Assembly (NCBI GenBank): GCA_963720545.1
Contig: OY970399.1
Coordinates: forward strand, 2,880,001-2,944,000
Length of the DNA: 64,000 nt
DNA from: an uncultured Acidobacteriota bacterium
Lineage (GTDB): Bacteria > Acidobacteriota > Vicinamibacteria > Fen-336
Direction: 5' to 3'
Below are positions 53,192 through 62,757 of the stretch, piece by piece (within the stretch, counting starts at the first letter, position 1; every line of letters begins with the position of its first letter). The notes below the pieces were generated by a model that searched no databases, was not told the DNA's origin, and was given only the letters and a program-made list of their open reading frames with translations. The position numbers and the translations under genes are program-made.

Positions 53192-54649
53192 ATGCCAGAA
53201 GAAGACACGTCCAATCCCCCCGCCAGGAATGGCGCCGCAAAGCGTCCGCGCCGCCCCGAGCGGCCGCCGAAGGCGGAGCGCCCTGCGGAAGCTGCCGCCG
53301 CGGTAGCCGAGCCGGTTGCAGAGGCCGACGACTCGCCCGAGGCCGCACCGGCCGTCAACGCCACGGCCGAAGCGGGAGAGCCCGAGAACCGACTCGACCT
53401 GGCGGTGCTCAAGGAAATGAGCATCAACAACCTGGTGGCGGTGGCGAAAGAGCACGACATCCCAGGTGCCGCGACCATGAAGAAGCAGGAGCTGGTGTTC
53501 CAGATCCTGCGCGCCCAGACCGAGAAGCAGGGGCTGATCTTCTCCGAGGGCGTGCTCGAGATCCTGCCCGACGGGTTCGGCTTCCTGCGCGCCCCCGAGT
53601 ACTGCTACCTGCCGGGCCCCGACGACATCTACGTCTCGCCCTCGCAGATCCGCAAGTTCGACCTGCGCACCGGCGACACCATCAGCGGCCAGATCCGTCC
53701 GCCGAAGGAAGACGAGCGCTACTTCGCGCTCATCAAGGTGGACGCCGTCAACTTCGAGCCGCCCGACCGCTCGAAGGAGAAGATCCTCTTCGACAACCTC
53801 ACGCCGCTCTACCCGCAGGACCGCATCCGCCTCGAGCACCAGCCCGAGGCGATCACCGGCCGCATCCTCGACCTGCTGGCGCCGCTCGGCAAGGGTCAGC
53901 GGGCGCTGATCGTGGCCGCGCCGCGCACCGGCAAGACCATGATCCTGCAGGCGATCGCGAACTCGATCAGCGCCAACCATCCGGAAGTGAGCCTGATCGT
54001 GCTGCTCATCGACGAGCGGCCCGAAGAGGTCACCGACATGCAGCGCTCGGTGCAGGGCGAGGTGATCTCCTCGACCTTCGACGAGCCCGCCGACCGCCAC
54101 GTGCAGGTGGCGGAGATGGTGCTGGAGAAGGCCAAGCGCCTGGTCGAGCACAAGAAGGACGTCGTCATCCTGCTCGACTCCATCACGCGCCTGGCGCGCG
54201 CCTACAACGCCATCGTGCCGGCCTCGGGCAAGATCCTCTCGGGCGGCGTCGACTCCAACGCGCTGCAGCGGCCCAAGCGCTTCTTCGGCGCGGCGCGCAA
54301 CGTCGAGGAGGGCGGCAGCCTGACGATCATCGCGACCGCCCTGGTCGAGACCGGCTCGCGCATGGACGAGGTGATCTTCGAGGAGTTCAAGGGCACCGGC
54401 AACGCCGAGATCGTGCTCGACCGCAAGCTCAGCGACAAGCGCATCTTCCCGTCGATCGAGATCAACAAGAGCGGCACCCGCAAGGAAGAGCTGCTGATCC
54501 CGAAGGACGAGTTGAACCGCACCTGGATCCTGCGCAAGGTGCTGAACTCGCTGTCGCCGGTGGAGGCGATGGAACTGCTCACCGAGCGGCTGGTGAAGTC
54601 GAAGTCGAACCGCGAGTTCCTCGAGAACATGTCGAACGGCGGCGGCTAG
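53192..54649 (+). CDS. rho: Transcription termination factor Rho
   Basis: [53 protein letters not shown]. Confidence 0.98.
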   Translation: MPEEDTSNPPARNGAAKRPRRPERPPKAERPAEAAAAVAEPVAEADDSPEAAPAVNATAEAGEPENRLDLAVLKEMSINNLVAVAKEHDIPGAATMKKQELVFQILRAQTEKQGLIFSEGVLEILPDGFGFLRAPEYCYLPGPDDIYVSPSQIRKFDLRTGDTISGQIRPPKEDERYFALIKVDAVNFEPPDRSKEKILFDNLTPLYPQDRIRLEHQPEAITGRILDLLAPLGKGQRALIVAAPRTGKTMILQAIANSISANHPEVSLIVLLIDERPEEVTDMQRSVQGEVISSTFDEPADRHVQVAEMVLEKAKRLVEHKKDVVILLDSITRLARAYNAIVPASGKILSGGVDSNALQRPKRFFGAARNVEEGGSLTIIATALVETGSRMDEVIFEEFKGTGNAEIVLDRKLSDKRIFPSIEINKSGTRKEELLIPKDELNRTWILRKVLNSLSPVEAMELLTERLVKSKSNREFLENMSNGGG

Positions 54650-54801
54650 TCATCGACGGATTGGCTCCCGTCCCGTTCCAATCCGTCGATTTCCTTCGTC
54701 CGTTGCCCAGGCGCTTGCGTCAGCGTCCGTCATCGACGGATTGGCTCCCGTCCCCGTCCAATCCGTCGATTTCCGTTCCCAGGCGCTTGTCGTCAGCGTC
54801 C
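54649..54801 (+). repeat. Two tandem hairpin repeats (left arm)
   Basis: Each unit has ATCGACGGATTGG-13 nt loop-CCAATCCGTCGAT; units 54649-54728 and 54729-54801. Confidence 0.95.
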
Positions 54802-55321
54802 GTTCCCGTCCGAGGAACCCGCAGAGTAAAACCCCGTGGCTTTAGTCCGCGCTACTTGCCAGCGTACGCGCGGGAACTCGTTCCGGAACGAGTTGACCAT
54901 CATTCGCGGCCACCGCATCAAGGCTGATGCGTTTCGGTTCTCGGCGTGGTGGACTGCGTCCGGACGCAGTTGAATCGGTGCGTTGGTACGCGATGGCCGG
55001 GCCGGCGCTTTGGGGACAGGGCAACGCCCGAGAAGGCTTTTGGGTTGTCTAGCAGCACCATTGACTGCTAGACGGCCCAAAGTATGGGAGCCCTCGGCAA
55101 TTTGGGGAGACCGCGGCGAGCAACTGCGTCCGGACGCATTTGGCTATGTGCGTTGACAAGCAATGGCGGGCGGGTGACAAGGACGGCGAGTGGTTCAAGG
55201 ACTTGGGCGGAGATGGGTTCGGACGCGGGCGAACGAGCGAAGATTTTCCCGAGCCGAACGGCCCGCGCGGAGACCACTGACGGGCAGGGACGGGACGCCA
55301 GTCCGTCGACGACGGACCGAA

Positions 55322-55610
55322 CGCCCGGGGAACGGAACGAAGGAAATCGACGGATTGGCCAGGGACGGGAGCCAATCCGTCGATGACGAACGCGAGCGCC
55401 CGGGAACGGAACGAAGGAAATCGACGGATTGGACGGGGACGGGAGCCAATCCGTCGATGACGAACGCGAGCGCCCGGGGAACGGAACGAAGGAAATCGAC
55501 GGATTGGACGGGGACGGGAGCCAATCCGTCGATGACGAACGCGAGCGCCCGGGAACGGAACGAAGGAAATCGACGGATTGGACGGGGACGGGAGCCAATC
55601 CGTCGATGAC
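55322..55610 (-). repeat. Four tandem 74-75 bp hairpin repeats (right arm, inverted relative to the left arm)
   Basis: Units start at 55322, 55397, 55471 and 55546 (last one truncated); near-identical; degenerate extra copy around 55275-55313. Confidence 0.97.
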
Positions 55611-56029
55611 TACTGCTCGCGGGTCTCGTCTCCCAGGCCTTCGCGCACCGTCACCCGCACGCTGTTGGCGGCGAACGAATTGCCGGCGCGGCGGAAGGTC
55701 GCCTTCACGTTGTAGACGCCGGCGCGGCGGAACTGGTGCTCGGCGGTGAAGTGCCGCTCGATCTTGGCGCCCTTCTCGTACGGCGGGCAGTCGGCTTCGT
55801 GGATGCTCTTGCCGCCGTCGCCCCATTCCCACTCGATCTCGGGGCAGTAGAACGCCTCGATGTCGTCGCCGCCCACGAACTCGGCCGTGACGTAGACGTT
55901 GACCGGCGAGAACGCCATGCGCGGCGTCGCCTTCATGTCGAGCTTGGGTTTCTTGCCCTTGTCGTCCGCGGCGCCGAGTGCGAGGACGGCACAAGCTGCA
56001 GCCAGCCAGGTCTTGCGGTTCTTGGTCAT
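55610..56029 (-). CDS. Small secreted protein with PKD-like Ig domain
   Basis: Signal peptide; EWEWGDG...EHQFRRAGVYNVKAT. Confidence 0.7.
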   Translation of the reverse strand: MTKNRKTWLAAACAVLALGAADDKGKKPKLDMKATPRMAFSPVNVYVTAEFVGGDDIEAFYCPEIEWEWGDGGKSIHEADCPPYEKGAKIERHFTAEHQFRRAGVYNVKATFRRAGNSFAANSVRVTVREGLGDETREQ

Positions 56030-56083
56030 TTTGCTCTCGAAGCTCCGTCTCGGGCGCCGTGCGGGCCGGGAAACGCCCGTTCC

Positions 56084-56106
56084 GGATTGTAGCCTCGATA
56101 CAATCC
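56084..56106. promoter_or_regulatory. Inverted repeat carrying back-to-back TACAAT -10 boxes (candidate bidirectional promoter)
   Basis: GGATTGTA-7 nt-TACAATCC between divergent genes. Confidence 0.45.
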
Positions 56107-56110
56107 CGCC

Positions 56111-57532
56111 ATGGTAATCCCGCTGCCACCGTCACTGAGTGGCGTGTTCAACGCCCTGCGCGCGGCGGGCGGGCGGGCCTGGCTCGTCGGCGGGGTCGTG
56201 CGCGACGCCTGGCTGGGTGCCGAACGAGCCGCCAAGGACTACGACGTCGAGGTGTTCGGCCTGGAGCAAGCGCGGCTCGAAGACGCGCTGCGCACCCTCG
56301 GGCGCGTGGACACGGTGGGCGAGGCGTTCACCGTCTACAAGCTCAGCGGGCTCGAGGGCGTGGGCGGCGCCGTGGATGTCTCGCTGCCGCGGCGCGACTC
56401 GAAGGCGGGGCCGGGCCACCGCGGCATCGCCGTCGTGGGCGACCCGTCGCTCGGCCTCGAGGACGCTGCGCGGCGCCGCGACTTCACCATGAACGCGATG
56501 ATGTACGACCCGCTCGCGGACGAGCTCGCCGACCCGCACGGCGGCCGCGCCGACCTCGACCGGCGCCTGCTGCGCGCTGTCGACCCAGCAACCTTCGGCG
56601 AGGATCCGCTGCGCGCGCTGCGCGCCGTCCAGTTCGCCGCGCGTTTCCTGCTTGCGGTCGAGCCACGGACGGCGCGCCTCTGCGCCGCGATGCCGATCGC
56701 GGAGCTGCCCGCGGAGCGGATCTTCGGCGAGATCGAGAAGTTGCTGCTGCAGGCTGCGCATCCGTCGCGCGGCTTCGCCCTGTTGCGCGAGTGGGGCATG
56801 CGCGAAACCGTGTGCCCGGAGCTCCAGCAGCTGGAGGGCACGCCGCAGGACCCGCAGTGGCACCCGGAAGGCGACGTCTGGACGCACACGCTGCAGGCGA
56901 TCGACGAAGCGGCGCTGCTCCGGGGCGGCCTCGACCACGCGCGCGCCCTCACGGTGATGCTCGCCACGTTGTGCCACGACCTGGGCAAGCCCGCGACCAC
57001 GCGCTTCGAGGACGGCCGCATGCGCTCGCGCGGCCACGAGGAGGCCGGGGTCGCGCCGACCCTGGCACTGCTCGACCGCTGGCGCGTGCACAGCCTGCAC
57101 GGCTTCGACGTCCGCGCCCAGGTGGTGGCTCTCGTCGCGAACCACCTCAAGCCCGGGCAGCTTTGGGACGAGCGCGAACGGGTTTCGGACGGCGCCATCC
57201 GCCGGCTCGCGGCAAAGTGCGAGGCGGACCTCCTCTACCGAGTTGCGCGCGCCGATTGTCTCGGCCGCCGGCCGGGACAATTCGAACCCGTAGCTATGGA
57301 GTGGTTTCGCGGCCGGGTGCGCGAGCTGGCGGTTGAACAGCGGCCGCCGGCACCGCTGCTGCGCGGCCGCGACGTGCTCGCCCTCGGCGTCTTGCCGGGG
57401 CCCGAGGTGGGGCGGATCGTGGCGGCCGTCTACGAACTCCAGCTCGATGGTGAGATTGCTGACGAAGCCCAGGCGAAAGCCGCGGCGCGCAGCCTCGTCG
57501 CAGCTAAAGTAGGCGATAGAGGGCAACCATGA
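56111..57532 (+). CDS. cca: CCA tRNA nucleotidyltransferase / poly(A) polymerase family with HD domain
   Basis: VGGVVRD, KDYDVE, RRDFTMN, EDPLRALR, HPEGDVWTHT, HDLGK. Confidence 0.9.
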   Translation: MVIPLPPSLSGVFNALRAAGGRAWLVGGVVRDAWLGAERAAKDYDVEVFGLEQARLEDALRTLGRVDTVGEAFTVYKLSGLEGVGGAVDVSLPRRDSKAGPGHRGIAVVGDPSLGLEDAARRRDFTMNAMMYDPLADELADPHGGRADLDRRLLRAVDPATFGEDPLRALRAVQFAARFLLAVEPRTARLCAAMPIAELPAERIFGEIEKLLLQAAHPSRGFALLREWGMRETVCPELQQLEGTPQDPQWHPEGDVWTHTLQAIDEAALLRGGLDHARALTVMLATLCHDLGKPATTRFEDGRMRSRGHEEAGVAPTLALLDRWRVHSLHGFDVRAQVVALVANHLKPGQLWDERERVSDGAIRRLAAKCEADLLYRVARADCLGRRPGQFEPVAMEWFRGRVRELAVEQRPPAPLLRGRDVLALGVLPGPEVGRIVAAVYELQLDGEIADEAQAKAAARSLVAAKVGDRGQP

Positions 57533-58608
57533 CTGTTTCCATCGAGCCGGTGACGAGTGCGATCCCGGTGACCCGCGTCAAGCGGTCGCGAGTCGCCGAC
57601 CAGGACCTCACCAAGACGCGCTTCGGCACCGTGTTCGCCGACCACATGCTGGTCGCGGAATGGTCGGACGGCCATTGGGGTCCGGCGCACATCGAGCCCT
57701 ACGGCCCCATGCCGCTGCCGCCGAGCATCACCGGCCTGCAGTACGCGCTGTCGGTGTTCGAAGGCATGAAGGCGCACCGCGCCCCCGACGGCAGCCTGCT
57801 GCTGTTCCGGCCGCGCGACAACGCGAAGCGCTTCCAGCGCTCGGCCGAGCGGCTCGCCATGCCCAGCGTCCCCGAGGAGCTGTTCATCGACAGCATCAAG
57901 GCGCTGCTGCGCGAAGACCGCGACTGGGCGCCGCCGCACGGCCAGGGCGCCCTCTACATCCGCCCGGTGCAGTTCTCGAACGACCCGGTCATCGGCGTGC
58001 GTCCCGCAGAGCGCTTCCTGTTCACCATCTTCACTGCGCCCTTCGCGAGCTACTTCAAGAAGCCGGTGGACGTGCTGGTGATGGACAAGTATGTGCGCGC
58101 CTTTCCCGGCGGCACCGGCGACGTCAAGCCCGGCGCCAACTACGCGGGCGCCATGAAGGCCGACCGCGAGGCGCGCGACCAGGGGTTCGATTCGGTGCTG
58201 TGGCTGGACGCCGAGGAGCACCGTTACGTCGAGGAGTGCGGCGTCATGAACATGTTCGCGGTCTTCAAGGACCGGGTGGTGACGGCGCCGCTCACCGGCA
58301 CCATCCTCCCTGGCGTCACCCGCGCCAGCGTCATCACGCTGCTGCGCGAGATGGGCCAGCGGGTGGACGAGGAGCGCTACACCCTCGATGCGCTGTTCGC
58401 CGCCGCCGACAGCGGCGAGCTGCGCGAGTGCTTCGGCACCGGCACCGCCGCCACCGTCTCGAGCCTCAACAGCATCCGCCACCGCGACCGCACCATCACG
58501 CTGCCGGCAATCCAGGACTCGGGCGTCGCGTCGGCGGTGCGCGAGCGGCTGGTGGCGATCATGACCGGCGCCGCGCCCGACACCCACGGCTGGATCGAAG
58601 CGGTCTAG
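57529..58608 (+). CDS. ilvE: Branched-chain amino acid aminotransferase
   Basis: FEGMKA, LYIRP, KPGANY, EECGVMN, ILPGVTR, GTGTAA. Confidence 0.95.
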   Translation: MTVSIEPVTSAIPVTRVKRSRVADQDLTKTRFGTVFADHMLVAEWSDGHWGPAHIEPYGPMPLPPSITGLQYALSVFEGMKAHRAPDGSLLLFRPRDNAKRFQRSAERLAMPSVPEELFIDSIKALLREDRDWAPPHGQGALYIRPVQFSNDPVIGVRPAERFLFTIFTAPFASYFKKPVDVLVMDKYVRAFPGGTGDVKPGANYAGAMKADREARDQGFDSVLWLDAEEHRYVEECGVMNMFAVFKDRVVTAPLTGTILPGVTRASVITLLREMGQRVDEERYTLDALFAAADSGELRECFGTGTAATVSSLNSIRHRDRTITLPAIQDSGVASAVRERLVAIMTGAAPDTHGWIEAV

Positions 58609-60168
58609 CTAGCCGTTCGGTTCGATTTCCTGCGGGCGGCCCAGCGCCGTCTCGCGGTCGAGCACCGCGAGCGCGCGGCGGTAGATCTCGTCCACGTCCT
58701 CGCGGTTGTTGGCGATGGCGGTGACGCCCATCTTGCCGAACTCCGAGATCGCGCCGATCAGGTGGAACAGCACGCCCGACTCGGTGCCGTGGCTGTAGTG
58801 CAGCCGGTTGACGGTGAGGATCTCGATGAGGTCCTCGGGCAGCAGGCCCTTGTACGCCTCGGACCGCAGGTTGTCGGTGGCGCGGTAATACTTCGCCTGG
58901 CCGGTGAGCGACAGGAACAGGCCGGTCTTGGTGTCGAGCGTGCCGCCGGTGAGGAACTGCAGCGCGAGGAACGGGTGGGTGGTGCCGCCCATCCGCAGGT
59001 TGATCTCGAGCGCCGCCACCTGCCACGAGTCGCTGGCGTTGTCGCGCCAGGTGAGGAAGTCGACCGCGAATCGGCTGACGACGCCCTGTTCGCCCAGCAC
59101 TGCGCCGATCTTGAGGCCGGCTTCCTGGATGGCGACCCGGTACTCGTCGCGCGCCGGGAAGGTGCAGCCGAGGAACACCTGGCCGCTCGGTCCGCCGAGG
59201 ATCTGGTCGTGAGTGGAGATGATGACCACGTCGCCCGTGGGGCTGACGCGCAGCTGCGCCGAGGGCGAGTGCTTCTCCTGGCCCTCGATGTACTCCTCGA
59301 CGATGCCACCCATGCGCGCGAACTTGTCGAAGTACGACTCGCGGCTCTCGCTCGCCACGGCGTACTCGAGGTCGGAGAGCGCGTCGCGCACGGCGCCGCG
59401 CTCGGTGACCTTCGGGTAGCGGAACAAGGCGTTGCCTTCGCCGGAGAAGCTGTCGTCGAGCTTCACCACCGCGCGTTTCAGCTTCGGGTTGCGGCCCTTC
59501 AGCTCCAGCAGCACGTTTTCGACGTCATGCTCGGTGCGCAGGTCCTCGACCCCGTCGGGCAGCGCCACGCCCGCCTGGCGGAACACCTTGCGGCTGCCCG
59601 ACTTGGTGCCGAGATGGTTGAGCGAAGGATCGACGCCGTTCATCGGGATGCCGAGCAGCACCGACAGGCGGCGCTCGTGCGCGGTCGAGTTGAAGACCGT
59701 GAGGTAGGCGCGGTCGGGATCCTGGATGCCCTCGCGGATGCGCTCGATGAGCCGCGGCCGCGCCAGGATCTTCTCGGTCAGCGAGCGCGGGCTGGCGTCG
59801 TGCGCGCACAGCAGGGTCAGCCGCGCGCGCGCGTGGCTCGCCGGGATGCCGGCGAGGAACTGGAAGTAGTACTCGAGGATCATCGGGTGGATCGGCTGCG
59901 AGGTCACGTACACCATGCGCGCGCGCGGGTTGCGCAGGCGGATGAGGAGGAACAGCAGCCGCTCCTCGTAGAAGCTGACGCCGGCGAGCTTGCGCAGCTC
60001 CGACTGGTCGAGGGTCAAGGACGGCACCACCACCGAGGTGTGCGGCTCCTCCTCGCGCATCATCAGGGCTTCCCACACCTCGTGCAGGCGGGGCTTGATC
60101 GCCTCGAATTCCGCCAGCTCCTGCTCGCGGGTGATGTCCCACGGGAACGGAGGCTTGGGGATCGTCAC
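58609..60168 (-). CDS. PGM1/BesA-related ATP-grasp peptide (carboxylate-amine) ligase
   Basis: YEERLLFLL..LRNPRARMVYVTS, KSGSRKVF, VKLDDSFSGEGNA, EINLRMGGTTHP; AGGAG RBS. Confidence 0.8.
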   Translation of the reverse strand: MTIPKPPFPWDITREQELAEFEAIKPRLHEVWEALMMREEEPHTSVVVPSLTLDQSELRKLAGVSFYEERLLFLLIRLRNPRARMVYVTSQPIHPMILEYYFQFLAGIPASHARARLTLLCAHDASPRSLTEKILARPRLIERIREGIQDPDRAYLTVFNSTAHERRLSVLLGIPMNGVDPSLNHLGTKSGSRKVFRQAGVALPDGVEDLRTEHDVENVLLELKGRNPKLKRAVVKLDDSFSGEGNALFRYPKVTERGAVRDALSDLEYAVASESRESYFDKFARMGGIVEEYIEGQEKHSPSAQLRVSPTGDVVIISTHDQILGGPSGQVFLGCTFPARDEYRVAIQEAGLKIGAVLGEQGVVSRFAVDFLTWRDNASDSWQVAALEINLRMGGTTHPFLALQFLTGGTLDTKTGLFLSLTGQAKYYRATDNLRSEAYKGLLPEDLIEILTVNRLHYSHGTESGVLFHLIGAISEFGKMGVTAIANNREDVDEIYRRALAVLDRETALGRPQEIEPNG

Positions 60169-60181
60169 GAGGAGCTCCTGT

Positions 60182-61309
60182 TCAGGCGAATGCCGAGGTC
60201 TTCACCGCTGCAACGAAGTCGTTCTCGTGGAACGCCGCGGGCTCGCCCAGCATTTCGGCGCGCAGCCTGACCTGCCGCATGAGGTGGAAGCGCATCGGCA
60301 GGAGCAGCGTGAAGTCGGAGGTGAGGTGGCTGCGCTGGTCGCTGTCCTCGTCGGCGTAGGTCGCCTCGAGCGCGCGGCGCCGCTCCTCGAACCACGCGAC
60401 GCTCACCTCGCCGCGGCTCAGCTTGTGCTCCAGCACCTGCCGCTGGCGGTGGCGGTCCACGATCTCCGGATGGTGGTTGGTGCCCATCATCCGCGGCATC
60501 GCGTCGCCGCTGTTGCGCGCGAACTCCATCATCGTCACCGCCTCGCCCGGGCGGCCGTCCTGGTCCTCGACCGCAAGCGCGCGTGCGGCCGCTGCCTGCG
60601 ATGTGGGCAGCAGGTCGAAGAGGCGGCTGTCCACGATGCGGTGGCGCCGCCCGTCGGCGAGCTCGGCCGAGAAGCGGCGGAACCAGGGATGGCTGACGCC
60701 GGCGTCGGTGAGCCAGTTCTCGAGCAGGCCGGCCGACTTGCCGCCCTTGACGTCGGCGCGCAGCGCCGCCTCGGCTTCGCCCGACCAGCGGCACATCATG
60801 CCGAAGGTGTGGCAGATGCCGAGCAGTGCTGCGTCCTCGTCGGCGGCGATCGCGTCGAGCAGCGAGAAGAACGGCTTCTCCCAGGCGGTGTTGTCGCGCA
60901 CGCCCTGCGACCACGGCGAGACGCCGTCGTTGAGGCGCGGATCGAGGTGACCCGGCCCGCCGGTGCCCACGTAGAAGGAATAGCGCGACCCCGGCGCCTC
61001 CGGCAGGGCCAGGCCGCCGCGCACGTCGAACGACAGCACCCGCACCGAGAAGCCGAGCTGCTGCAGCAGCGGCTGCAGGTCGCAGGTCGCGTCGAGCAGG
61101 TCGCGGACGATCGAGTCGTGGCCGAGGTTGGGGAAGCCGTGGTGCATGTCGAGCACCGCCACGTCGATCACGCGGTCGTCGGCGGCCGGCGCCGTGCCCG
61201 GGCGGTCCACCCGTGAGTGCACGAAAACGCTGCCCGGCGCCTCGGCAGGGCAGTCCGTCGCGCAGTACGTAAGCCCTTCGGATTCCTTGAGTTGGCAGGT
61301 GACGGGCAT
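60182..61309 (-). CDS. Class I glutamine amidotransferase-like protein
   Basis: GTGGPG, LLGICHTFG (nucleophile elbow), NHHPE (His-Glu dyad). Confidence 0.75.
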   Translation of the reverse strand: MPVTCQLKESEGLTYCATDCPAEAPGSVFVHSRVDRPGTAPAADDRVIDVAVLDMHHGFPNLGHDSIVRDLLDATCDLQPLLQQLGFSVRVLSFDVRGGLALPEAPGSRYSFYVGTGGPGHLDPRLNDGVSPWSQGVRDNTAWEKPFFSLLDAIAADEDAALLGICHTFGMMCRWSGEAEAALRADVKGGKSAGLLENWLTDAGVSHPWFRRFSAELADGRRHRIVDSRLFDLLPTSQAAAARALAVEDQDGRPGEAVTMMEFARNSGDAMPRMMGTNHHPEIVDRHRQRQVLEHKLSRGEVSVAWFEERRRALEATYADEDSDQRSHLTSDFTLLLPMRFHLMRQVRLRAEMLGEPAAFHENDFVAAVKTSAFA

Positions 61310-61335
61310 TCGGTTCCCTGGGGGGAGAAACGAGT

Positions 61336-62682
61336 CTACACCGGGGCTATCTGGAACACCGGGACCTGCCCGCCGCCCGATGTGACATTGGCGAGCGAGG
61401 TGGTGGAGAGGCGCGTGAGGAAGCCCTCGACCTCGCCGTTGAAGACGCACGGGTCGACGTCCATGACGAAATCGCGGAACTGCAGCTCGCCGTTCACCAG
61501 TTCGGGAAACGGCTGCTTGCCCAGTTCGACCTTCTCCTGCACCACGAAGCTCTCGGTCAGCGCGGTCGCGAGCGCCGCGTCCCAGTCGGCCGCCGAAGTT
61601 TCCCAGCCGATGAAGACACCCTTGCCGCCGTACTCGTCGTTCGGCTTCATCACCAGGCGCTCGCGGTTTTCGCGCACGAACGGCAGCAGGTCGACGGACT
61701 TGCCCGCGTACGTGGAGCGGCCCTCGCGCACGCGGCGGGTCCACGGCACGTGGGTCGCGATCGCCTCGCGTTCCGCCGGGGTGAAGATCTTCGCAACCTC
61801 GTCGTCGGTGATCACGGCGAAGATCGCCTTCTTGTGGATGGCCTTGCAGCGAAACGGGTTGAGGAACACGGCGGCCCGCGCCCGCGCCGCGTCCACCAGC
61901 GCTTTCAGCTTGTCTTTCTGTTCGAGGAACTCGTTCACCAGCAGCCGCTTGTAGACGATGTCGATCTGCGTGCTCTCGAAGCGCAGCGCCCCGCCCTCGA
62001 ACGTCAGGTCGAGCGGGTCGCACACGAGCGACGGATAGCCGCGCTCTGCGAAGAACTCGCGGAACAGGTGATGCTCGTTGCGCGTCGGCACGCCTTCGTA
62101 GTCGACGACCGCTATGGTCGGGTTCGGCTTGGTGCCGCCGGCCTCGCGGTAGCAGGAGATGAGCGTCTCGAGCATCTTCTCCCGGCCGTGGAACGGCTGC
62201 AGCGTGTAGCGCTCCTGGAACTTCTTCATGATCGGCAGCTCGAGGAACACCTCGCCGAGGCAATCGTTGTAGCCGATGCCGGCAGGGCTCTCGGCGTTCA
62301 GCTCGACGAACTGGTAGGACGACGGCGTCAGGAACGAATCGATGCGCGAGGTGGGCGAGGAGCGCTTGTAGCCGGGGTCGATGCGCGCCAGCTCGCGCTC
62401 GTCCTCGGTGAGGTCCACCATGTCCCAGAGCGCCTCGCCAAGGCGCTCCTCCACCTTCTCGATCGCGGCGAAGATGGCTCGGCACACGCCCTGGATCTGC
62501 GTGTACTGCATCGCCGTGACGAAGTTGGGCCGCACGAACGGGCAGAAGATGCGGCCGCCGAAGGTGAGCTTGCGGTCGCGCATCTTGTTGAAGAAGGCGT
62601 CCGCCGTTTCCTCGACGAGCGCCTTCTCGTCGCGGACCAGCTGGTGGTATTCATCGATCGCGCGCGGGATTTGTGCATCCAT
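61336..62682 (-). CDS. Circularly permuted ATP-grasp (glutathione-synthetase/GSP-like) amidoligase
   Basis: SRIDSF, FVELNAESPAG, MKPNDEYGGKGVFIG, VVQEKV, ANVTSGGG. Confidence 0.82.
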   Translation of the reverse strand: MDAQIPRAIDEYHQLVRDEKALVEETADAFFNKMRDRKLTFGGRIFCPFVRPNFVTAMQYTQIQGVCRAIFAAIEKVEERLGEALWDMVDLTEDERELARIDPGYKRSSPTSRIDSFLTPSSYQFVELNAESPAGIGYNDCLGEVFLELPIMKKFQERYTLQPFHGREKMLETLISCYREAGGTKPNPTIAVVDYEGVPTRNEHHLFREFFAERGYPSLVCDPLDLTFEGGALRFESTQIDIVYKRLLVNEFLEQKDKLKALVDAARARAAVFLNPFRCKAIHKKAIFAVITDDEVAKIFTPAEREAIATHVPWTRRVREGRSTYAGKSVDLLPFVRENRERLVMKPNDEYGGKGVFIGWETSAADWDAALATALTESFVVQEKVELGKQPFPELVNGELQFRDFVMDVDPCVFNGEVEGFLTRLSTTSLANVTSGGGQVPVFQIAPV

Positions 62683-62757
62683 ACACGCCGGATTGTAGCT
62701 CTCGTCATGGCGGGGCTGGGGGCGCGCTAAGATCGATGCCAGGAAAAAAGCCAATAC

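Noticed and set aside
54940..54990. TCCACCA on the minus strand suggesting a tRNA/tmRNA 3' end
   Set aside because: No T-arm stem or acceptor-stem pairing could be built.
55322..55610. Possible CRISPR array
   Set aside because: The sequence between hairpins is the same in each unit (no unique spacers), and no cas genes are in the window.
54661..55749. Short ORFs with repeated peptides (e.g. APVPVQSVDFLRS) in the repeat region
   Set aside because: They are translations of the DNA repeats. Units of 74/75 bp shift frame, and there is no RBS or codon bias.
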